Source of the DNA: an uncultured virus (IMG/VR IMGVR_UViG_3300009068_003844)
Taxonomy: Duplodnaviria > Heunggongvirae > Uroviricota > Caudoviricetes
Length of the DNA: 60,684 nt
Strand: one strand, 5' to 3'
IMG/VR virus record: IMGVR_UViG_3300009068_003844
Part shown: in pieces, positions 33,864 to 43,128 of the stretch
Layout: each line of letters starts with the position of its first letter
Position numbering within the stretch: the first letter of the stretch is position 1
The notes under the pieces: generated by a model
What the model was told of the DNA's origin: nothing
The model's database searches: none
The model's input: only the letters and a program-made list of their open reading frames with translations
Made by a program: the position numbers and the translations under genes

Positions 33864-33942
33864 TGGAGCGTAACTCAACTGGATAGAGTTCCACTTGCTT
33901 TAAAAGCAAGAGGAGTTATGGGTTCAAATCCCATCGTTCCAT
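33864..33942 (+). tRNA. atypical tRNA with UAA anticodon (Leu-reading), extended anticodon stem, no long variable arm
   Basis: Acceptor TGGAGCG/CGTTCCA, D stem ACTC/GAGT, TCC-A-CTTGC[TTTAAAA]GCAAG-A-GGA, T arm ATGGG-TTCAAAT-CCCAT. Confidence 0.7.
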
Positions 33943-34937
33943 AAGTCGATCCATTCTCAGCCGGTATATCAATACAAAAGGAAAATAATGAGAATAACCA
34001 AGAAACAAATAGCAGAGGCTCTTGGTATTGACTGGCCTGTATCGTCAAAGGATACTGCTATTGCACTACGAAATATCGAGACAATCCTTGATAATGTCGC
34101 TGAAAATCTTGAAAATGATTTTGAATCTGCGGCTTTGGGTGACGCTTCTAATCTAATCCAAATGATCAGGGAATGTCTAAAGGATAGTTGATTTTGGTAC
34201 GGTTGTGTGAAAGACAATAAAGGAAGATAACATGAAAACTGTATTTGTTGTTTTTGACCCAGTTCATCCATACACTAACTTCAAGGTTTATCAAAACATT
34301 GAAAATGCTGCGAATGATCTGAGGAACAATGGTTTTACGATTGACTTCTTGCATGAGGAGTTAGACCTCTTAGCCTCTGCCATATTCCTTGCACCCAACT
34401 GGAATCGGGGGCAGGGCTTAGTATACAAAAACAAAAATACCCCTGAACAAAGATTTTTGTATTCTCGCTTGGTAGAAGATTGTGAAGAAAACAAAAACTA
34501 CCTCGCAGATAAAAATGAAGATTTGGCTTGTTAAAGATAGTTGATTTTGGTACGGTTGTGGGTTGTTCCGAAACAAACATTCTTCAAAGGATTAGAAAAT
34601 GTTTTACCTTCAGATTGCCAGTTTAGTTGTTGGATTACTTGTTGCTTGTCTCCAGTGTGGTAAGGAAGCCGCCCCTGTTGTTCATACGATTGTGGAGGCA
34701 AGGAAGTATCATCGTGTTGAACCCCAATACAATGTCTATAGGGGCTATGATAATAACTACCGGTATTGGAGTGATTCTACCGGAACATATTGGTGCAGGG
34801 TCAATCAGCAAGGCTCTATGGAGATTGCTGTGGTAAATCAGTCCTCACAATCTCAGCAGCAGATTATGATTTGTCAGACGCCCAACAACACGATTCGTTG
34901 ATTCTGGTACGGTTCCAACTTACTCAAGGAGAATAAA

Positions 34938-35111
34938 ATGGAAAACTGGACTGTTATCGACGATACTAAACTCCGTCACGTTTGGCGTTGTGCAGATTGT
35001 GATTGTGTTACTCATGTTACTCCGTGGTGGTATGAAGATGCCGGAACCCCGGTATGCGAAAAGTGCGGTGAAGATATGAAGTATCTTAGCACAGAGTTCA
35101 ATAACATCTAG
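34938..35111 (+). CDS. small Zn-ribbon-like protein (below the ORF-track cutoff)
   Basis: MENWTVIDD..CADC..CEKC; AAGGAG RBS; TAG stop overlaps the next motif. Confidence 0.65.
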   Translation: MENWTVIDDTKLRHVWRCADCDCVTHVTPWWYEDAGTPVCEKCGEDMKYLSTEFNNI

Positions 35112-36685
35112 TACGGTTCCACCTTACCCAAGGAGCAAAAGATGAACACTGAACTGGAACAAATCGCACGGGCTATCATCGGCATTAGCGTTGCCGATCT
35201 TACTAACGCCGAAAGAATCATCTATAAGATTCTGGAGAAGCGTAACATCGTTTGTGAACGGGGTCATTATGTTGAACTTACTAATGATCCAGAACTCAAT
35301 GCCCACTATGATGAAATGGAAATATATAGTCAGAGTCAAGAGTGGCCCGAAGATTATCCTTTTTAGTACGGTGAATAAATATGAAAATCATTATTGAAGT
35401 GAACATGGACAACGCTAGTTTTAATGATAACCCCAACGAACTGGGTGAGATTCTAACTCAAATCCCCTCTAACATTAAAGCAGGGGATGATGGGGTTCTC
35501 AAAGACTCTAACGGCAATAAGGTGGGATTCTGGGACGCATTTGAAAGTTTCTAGTACAGGTATCCTATAAGCGGTGGAAGTCAAAAACGCCACTGGACGT
35601 TAGACCAGTATGGATACTTCTAAGGAAAAGAAAATGTATCGTGCTTGTTTTATCTTTTTTGTGTTCATTCTACCGATTCTGAATATTGTATTTTGTCTTG
35701 GATTTCTCGCAGGAAAGTTTTCACAATGAAAAACTGGATTTGCTACAATCTGTTTGGTGAACATCCAGATGATGTTGACACGTTTGGTATGGTTAGTGGT
35801 CTAGGCATTTTGGCTTTCTTGATTTTCTGGACTAGTTATCTTTTTATCTATATTCCTCTTTATTTCTGTCGCTAAAGGATTGAACTAATGGATACCATTG
35901 ATACTCTCAAGATGCTCAGGATTTTTGTGGATACTGCTCCCCTGAATAGTCAGGGTATGGTTGAGCCTGATACTCTCAACTTCATTAGCATGAGGCTGGG
36001 TAGTATTGTTGAAACTCTGGAGCGAGAAAAAACTCTCTCTGATGAACTCCGTCAGATTTTGGTACGGTAAAGATTTGTCCTAACATCACTAAAGAGTAAT
36101 AAAGATGACAACAACAGACATTTTCATCATCGGTATGTATCTGACTAGTCTTGTTGGTATGGTTGTGATCGTAGCGAGTTTCTTTTGGGCGATTGATACT
36201 TTGGTCAATGCACTTTACAAGCCAACCTCTAAGATTAAAACCATGATTGCTGAGGATGGTACTGAATGGCAGGTGGGATATATTGACGAGTTCCCCGGCT
36301 ATAGAGAACTTTTCTAGTACGATCAATCATCAAGGAGAAACACAATGAACGACTTCTACGATGGATTCTATGAAGATTGGTGGGGGACTAAGAACGTGAA
36401 GGGTCACGACGCCCACAAGGGATACAATAAACACGATCTTGCCTCAAGGAAAAACTATCGGGACAAGGTATTAGAATACCTTAGACTGGAGTTTTGTGAT
36501 ATTGGGGATTGGTGGCATCTTCCCGTTAAGGGCGTTAATATCAATAGGGTATTGTTAATCAACCTTATTAACGACTGCCAGAATGATAATATGAAGATCA
36601 ACAACGCCAGCGGTGTTGTCTATGAATGGCTGAAGGGCCGGAATCTGATTTAGTACGGTGAATAGGCAACAGAGGAGAAATAACA

Positions 36686-37006
36686 ATGCAAGAACAAGTC
36701 GAACTTTGGCTCGCTGCTTTGACTGAGAAGTCTAACACCACTGGGGCTGAGACTAAATACATTCTTGAACCGGGGCGAAAGTATACTAGAGTGGTTCGTC
36801 AAGAGCGTTGGCTGGATAGTAACGGGGAACCGCTGTGGGGTGCTAACAAAAGTGTCCATGCCTTTATAGACGAAAATGGGGATATTTATAAGGCAGCAAG
36901 TTGGAAGGCTCCGGCCAAAAATGGAGCAAGATTTAATGTTGTGAACGATATTCAAAGGTTGGTCGAAGTTTGTGATCCCTATGGTAGTTATCTCTACAAG
37001 AGGTAA
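36686..37006 (+). CDS. conserved phage hypothetical protein
   Basis: 'GRKYTRVV..SVHAFID..GDIYKAASWKAPAK' resembles a family common in T4-like myophages. Confidence 0.7.
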   Translation: MQEQVELWLAALTEKSNTTGAETKYILEPGRKYTRVVRQERWLDSNGEPLWGANKSVHAFIDENGDIYKAASWKAPAKNGARFNVVNDIQRLVEVCDPYGSYLYKR

Positions 37007-37831
37007 GATCAGGTAAGATCAGGTACAGTTATCAACCAGAGGAGAATAACAATGCTTTGGCAAAAGAAAAAGAATCGGTATAATACAAAGCCGTATTACG
37101 AAGCAAAAGAGGGAGATATTGTGTATCAACTCCGATATGTTCCCTTCAAGGGTTGGCAAGCATCAAGGCAGGAAGCCAATGTTTGGACGATCCCGGGAAT
37201 AAAGAAGGACATGGCGGAGGCTATGGGCTGGTGTGAGAGTGACTTTTCGGTACGGTAGACTATCGTTCCAATAAAAAAGGAGACGATTGATGCCAGATGA
37301 ACTTGCAAAACCTATTGATGCAATGCGGGAATACGCACTTCATGTTGGGGCCGAACATCCAGAACGTCAATGGATTTTAACTGATTATGATGTTTGGATG
37401 CCAAACCCGTTTTTCAACGGTGTTCCCGGCCCTCACCCCGAAGATTAGTTTTTAGTACGGAGCAGAGATATGGAAAACAGTTTTTACGGTTTCTGGAGAG
37501 AAAAAATGCCAGACGATACAAAAACCAGTAGTGGTCTTGACCGATACACTCTTGGTTTCCTTGAAGATTATTACGCAAGGGAGACTGTGAAGCCGGTTTC
37601 AAGCCTTATCGAAGCCGCTACACAGTTTGAAAAGGAGCCAGAGTTTAAGAACTATCTGGCTATGAGGGATCTTTTTAGGGAGATTGAAGCAAATATGACA
37701 CGGAGAGACGGTTTCCGTTGTCATAATCGGTAAAGGATAAGATTCGGTACGGTTAGGGTTTGTTCCGACAGCAAGCCAATGAGGCAAGCGGGAACCAAAG
37801 GGTTGGTAACTATAAGCAGGAGATGATTACT

Positions 37832-38092
37832 ATGGGTCGCCAAGTTGGTCAGAAGGGTGTTGATCTTGAGACGTTTCTCACCACGGTTATCGAAGTGCAG
37901 CGGGCTGGTGGCAGCGTCGAGGACGTTGCAAGCAAGTTGGGCATCGTTCCGGGTTCGGTGTCGGTGCGTCTGAGCCAGTTGCGGAAGAAGCACGGGCTGA
38001 ATATCCCGAAGTTTGAGGGTGGTGGTCGCACCAGCAATACCAAGGAGCGTGCGACGGAGATTCTCGCCAGCCTTGGCGTCGAGATGCTCTGA
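37832..38092 (+). CDS. small HTH DNA-binding protein (paralog family)
   Basis: MGRQVGQKGVDLETFL..; motif at 37746; hairpin CTCACCCCCCGGCC/GGCCGGGGGGTGAG at 38104-38139 follows. Confidence 0.85.
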   Translation: MGRQVGQKGVDLETFLTTVIEVQRAGGSVEDVASKLGIVPGSVSVRLSQLRKKHGLNIPKFEGGGRTSNTKERATEILASLGVEML

Positions 38093-41000
38093 AGTTAGTC
38101 ACACTCACCCCCCGGCCAAACAATAGGCCGGGGGGTGAGGCCCACGGGGTTTCCCATGGGTACGGTTTCTGGTTCCTGGTCGAAGCCGGGAATCTGACTG
38201 GTTGTGAATACCTGAAGAGTCTTCAAATGATGTGCTTCCTTGGATTGTGTAGCGGTATTATTTCTATTATCATTGATAATAACAACCCACGCTAAACAAT
38301 CTTCGACCGTCCCGTTTGGGGATTCACTAGGTTCAATCCTAGCGGTCGATTTTGGTACGGTAAAGACTTGTGAGCCTTACTTTTACTTTTAATAACTAGG
38401 ATTAAAAATGAGAAGCACAATCGAGGATCATGAGTTTGCTGTTGAACAGTGGAAGAACGACAATGCTTGCTGGCTTGATGGGGAGCCCGCTAAAATCGTG
38501 GGCTTCCTTGAGAAGTTTCCTACTGTGGCTCAGTTGAACGGCCCAAAGAGTTTTCAGTGGAGTTGGGCTGCCGTTAACAGGATTATGAGCAAAGACCGAC
38601 AGTTCAAATCATAAAGATTTGGTACGGTAAAACTTCAAAGGAGAATCCAAATGTGGCTTGCAATGGTCATTCGTGACAGTGTTCCTGAGAGTGTTACCAG
38701 TTTCGACAACTACTATGATGCAGTGGGTTGTGCGGACGATTGGATTATTAAGTTTGACCCGTCAGTAACTCATTCAACCCTCCCCCGATATTCTAGGGGT
38801 GAGAGTTACCATAAGGATGGTTTGAGGGTAGATATTCTAGAAATCAACTAGAATCCGGTACGGTCGGGAGTTGTTACCCGAAACGAAAGGAAATCATGGC
38901 GTTAGAAACCACTATTGATGATCTGGTTCAGCGGTTCGGAGAAGAGCCGTTCCCATGCACCTTCATCCATCGGTTCGACCCCGAAAGGGTGGCGGCATTC
39001 GACCGTGAACGGGCGGTACACTGGCTCATCGGCAAGGTCAATGGACCGAAGATCATGTTATCACTCCTGCCGGATCGTCTTGTATTTGAGGAGTTGATTG
39101 ATTCATTGGATTCCTACGGATGGAATCTGCTGGTCGAGGGCGGCATGAACTATCGAATCAAGAGGCATGACTAGAATCCGGTACGGGTTAGTGTTGTTCC
39201 CTCCACTTCTCAGGAGTTAGAGATGAAAGTTACTAAGACTCGTCGCCTGAAGTTGCTCAAGGACATGGAAGCCTCAAAGGAGATTCACAATCGGGGTCAC
39301 TACACTGTCAACGAGCGGGTTCTGGTCAATGCGATTGTCAACATCATCCAGAATCAGCGTGAAGTTGAAGTTCCGGTCGAGTTCGATCCGGTAATCAACC
39401 CGCTCAACGATGAAGTGCTGAGTGTCATCACGGGTTGATGATCCCTACGGGGATAGTATCTAGTACGGGTTATAGTTGTAACCAACACCACTAAGGAATC
39501 AGACAATGCCGTGGCAAATCGTTGATGAACCCAAGCCAATCAAGTTCTATCCTTTTGAGACAGAAAACGGCACAGAGTTTCGCCGTGTTGGTGGCTTGAT
39601 GGTAAAGGGAACCATCCGACACTCCAAGGCGAGCGAGGATCAAGTCTGGCGGGTTGTTTATACTAATCGGGCCGGAAGAGGCACTTTTAGTATTACGGCT
39701 CCAGATCGCACCGTAGAGCGTCAGAATCACAAACTGGACTTTGTGAAAGTAAAGGCTAAGGCTACGGTCTACAGAGAGGGTAATCGTAAGGGCGGAATGA
39801 CCCCAACCGCATTTCAGCGGGAACTAGCAGAAATGTGTGGGGGCAACTTTGCCGGTAGTTTCTATGGTCAAATGGTCAATGCCGTGAAAGTGGCACTAGG
39901 GGCAGAATAAAGACTCTCCCCCGATCATATTGGTGATTCCACGCTAAGCGTAGAGTTTTCATTATGATCGGGGGATTTTTCTTTTTAGTTTTTGGTACGT
40001 AGATTGGGTGTGAACCATTAACCACGGAGCCAATACCATGCTTACTGAATGGGAAGTTTACTGGCGAGTCGGCGTTGTCGGGTATGTATGGGCTGCTAAC
40101 AAGAGAGAAGCACTGTATCTTGCAGTTAACCTATACGGTGAACTGGCTAGTGTTAAAAGCAACAACCCTAGTTAAATCTAGGGTTAAACTTTATGTTTTT
40201 GGTACGGTAAAAAACCAAAAGGAGAAAAGTGATGACCCCAGAGCAAAAAAACATCATCGACCGGGCTCTTAGCACTCTTATTTGGGAGACTAAGAAGAAT
40301 ATTCTGGATACCCAAAATAGTGGGGAGTATGACTCCGCAGTAAAGAACTTCCTCATTGAACAGAGGAAGTTGCTGGAGGAAGCAACCCTGCTCCGTAAGG
40401 AACTCAGGGAAGATAATCTTTGGAATCCAGTACGGTAAACTCTTGTCTTAACCCTAGCCCAAAGGAAAAAACAATGTTCAAGAACATCAAGTGGTTCGAT
40501 GGTTTGTCTTGGGTCAGTGGTTATATTCTGGAGATCATGTTCAAGGACGGTAAAAAGGGTTATATCAAGAATACTGACCGCAAAAAGATTAGTCATCTTT
40601 TTGAAACTTTGTGGAACGACCATAACATCATCGGTTTGACCGTCTACAATATTGATGAAAAGGTTGAGGACGCTAAGTATCGTTATCTTGGTTGAAATGA
40701 ATCAGGTACGGTAAACTCTTGTTCCATCAACAAAGAGGACTAAAAATGACTACCGTTATCACTGGCCTGAATGTTGAAAAGTATCGTCTGCTCAGTCTCA
40801 AGAGTGCATTGAAGTTGGAGACTAAGGGACTCAAGCACTCAAGGTTCAACGTCAGCCAGATTGTGAAAAGAATCCTTCAGGAAAAGGGAATCAAGCCTAA
40901 GAATAATAAGATTGAACTGCTTGTCCAGTTTGAATCCTACTTGGAGGGGGTCATCTGAGGCTTTCGGTACGGTAAACTCTTGCCGATAACTCTGGGAGTT

Positions 41001-41367
41001 TCATCATGAAGAAGTATGAAGTAACCTGTTGTGACACGGGTAAAACAATAGTCTTGACTCATAAAGAGGCGGTCGAAAAGTTCGGCAAGGTTGAGTTCAA
41101 AGAGATTCTGAAAGGATACCTTCCCCATCTGGTCGCTGTTGAAGTATTCAGTACGGTGGATGGTTGTGAACCCAACACTCAAAGGAGAGTCTAATGGATG
41201 ACTTTGATATGATGCAAGAAACAGTCCTCTGGCCTTGGATTGACGATCCAAGTTATGACAATGAAGATGCAGAGGATGAATGTAACTATGATCCAACGGA
41301 AGAAGAAAACTAGTACGGTAGATTATCGTTGATTGAACCATAACCATAACCATAAGGAACCAAAACC

Positions 41368-41613
41368 ATGAAGCGTCAGACTGTTAGCGTTGAAACGTTC
41401 GTCAATGTCATCATGCGGCATCTCAACAATGGTGGGAACCAAACCAGTGTTGCTAAGGAGTTGGGAATCACTCCGGCAGCGGTTTGCCTCCGTCTCAAGT
41501 ATCTCCGTCAGAACGGTGCTTGTGTTCCCAAGACTAAGAAAGAGTTGAAGTCTCGCCGGAACAAGGCAAGTATCGTGGCCGCTGCCAACAAGGAAATGAA
41601 GGGTTGGAAGTGA
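41368..41613 (+). CDS. small HTH protein (paralog family)
   Basis: 'VSVETFVNVIMRHLNNGGNQTSVAKELGITPAAVCLRLKYLR'; motif at 41312; GC-rich hairpin follows. Confidence 0.8.
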   Translation: MKRQTVSVETFVNVIMRHLNNGGNQTSVAKELGITPAAVCLRLKYLRQNGACVPKTKKELKSRRNKASIVAAANKEMKGWK

Positions 41614-42101
41614 AAAGGGGAGAGGGGGGAGAAACAAAAAACTCCCCCCTCTCCTTCTGGTACGGTTAATGTTTGTAACCTTAACCAAAAGGAAGTTTCA
41701 AATGCGTAAGACTCGTTGTGCTGGCAAGGCGGTTGGAATGAGTTATTGCAAGCATCTTCGCAAGTTTGGCAAGCGGGTCGCTAACAAGGCAACCCGCCGG
41801 GAAAAGTTCTAATCTGGTACGGTTGAGTGTAAGGAACTTCAACCTCTGGAGAAAACAGATGACTCCTGTTGAGATTGCCATTAAGGCCAAAGACTTCTTG
41901 AAGGGTAAAAAGTATCCTTCAGAGAGAATGATCCAAGACGCATTAGAAGCCAGCATGGTTTCTTGTGGTATTGATCCCGAATCGGGTGCGGGGATGTTTC
42001 TTTATGGTCTGTCCTTGAAGTGTCTAATCAAGATGGCAGGGTGATAGTATCTGGTACGATTACTGAGTGTAAGGAACCTTCAACCCTCTGGAGTTTAGAA
42101 G

Positions 42102-42575
42102 ATGAACGACATTCAAATGCTGGCTCTGAGCAAAGTGAAGTTCGACCGGGATAACATTCCGGTTGGGGATCATACGGTTGATTTCACGGTTCGGGTCAGT
42201 GGAACGGTCAAGGTTGGCGACGATTATGAAAGGGACGCTACCACTAGCATCCCTTGGCTGGAATCGGTGGCTCTGTGGCAGGAAACCGCTAGTGCTGCTT
42301 GGGATAGCCTTATCAGTCGCATGGATAAGGGAGAGACTATCACCCGTAGTGATCTGGTTGCCATGCGTAAGACTGGCCCACTTGCCACTGGGGTGCTCGT
42401 AGATTGCATTAGAACGGCGTTGGTCAAGGGGGAGTCTGCGGTAGGGTCTATCCTTGATCGTGTCACAGAAGTCAAAGAGGGCGTCGAGAACGTGAAGCGG
42501 GAGTTGGTGAAACAACTCCCCAAGCAAAGTTGCAAGGGGGCAACCAAGGTAGTCTGCGATTGGCAGATAGTCTAG
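42102..42575 (+). CDS. hypothetical protein, last gene of the motif array
   Basis: GGAG RBS, motif variant at 42053, hairpin AAGGGGGGAG/CTCCCCCCTT follows. Confidence 0.65.
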   Translation: MNDIQMLALSKVKFDRDNIPVGDHTVDFTVRVSGTVKVGDDYERDATTSIPWLESVALWQETASAAWDSLISRMDKGETITRSDLVAMRKTGPLATGVLVDCIRTALVKGESAVGSILDRVTEVKEGVENVKRELVKQLPKQSCKGATKVVCDWQIV

Positions 42576-43128
42576 GTTGTCTAAGGGGGGAGGGGCTAAA
42601 CTCTCCCCCCTTATTACTGGCGGGTAGGATTCTGGTACGGATTCGTGGTATGTGAGAAAGAATCCGGTACGGTTCTTTGAAAAATGAAAACAGTTTTCGG
42701 TACGGTATATTTTTACAAAGTTAAAAACTGAAAAACTAAAACTGAAAAACCCTGGGGGTAGGGTTTGGTACGGGTACCGGTTCAACGCCATTACGCCCTT
42801 TTTCTTTTCCCTTTATATTTCTTTTTCCCAACCCATGAACTTTTTAATGAACTTTAAAGGGGGTTTCTATATTTTTTCAAAGTATATGAGAGTTAACTTT
42901 AAACCCGCCCCACTAAACCTATAATTTTCTAAAAACGGTTTCTAAAAAAATCCGGCGGGTATAATTTTTGAGATACTGTAGGGTTTTTTACAATTCCCCA
43001 TCAGGAGAAGGCTGGAATACATTATAGTCATATGTTAACTCTTCCCCAGCTTTCATTTAATTTTGTTTTAACGTATAGCATATGTTTCTCCAGTATCTAA
43101 TATCTATGATAATTTACTCTCATATGTT

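Larger units (their letters stand above)
26211..42773 (+). promoter_or_regulatory. polarized array of about 45 [G/A]GTACGGT motifs, each heading a small gene or RNA (probable early promoters and cassette boundaries)
   Basis: Copies at 26211, 26529, 27246, 27642, 28353, 29464, 31085, 31849, 32588, 33017, 33319, 33618, 34196, 34549, 34906, 35110, 35365, 35553, 36061, 36316, 36652, 37022, 37249, 37454, 37746, 38159, 38354, 38621, 38857, 39180, 39462, 39994, 40201, 40429, 40705, 40966, 41150, 41312, 41659, 41816, 42053, 42634, 42666, 42699, 42767 (some are 1-2 nt variants); outliers at 2169, 7087, 11924, 13855. Confidence 0.85.

Noticed and set aside
27298..38123. Repeated minus-strand ORFs (MLLPQL.., MLLVRP..) over the HTH genes
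   Set aside because: Antisense shadows of GC-rich paralogous genes; RBS, leader and terminator all support the + strand
26211..42773. GGTACGG array as a CRISPR array
   Set aside because: The repeat core is only about 8 bp, spacing is irregular and gene-sized, and no cas genes are visible
26211..42773. Classical integron
   Set aside because: No IntI-like integrase in the window and no attC-type GTTRRRY/RYYYAAC hairpins at the boundaries
42060..42791. 243-aa minus-strand ORF
   Set aside because: Overlaps the RBS-supported + strand gene and the motif cluster; no recognisable protein features
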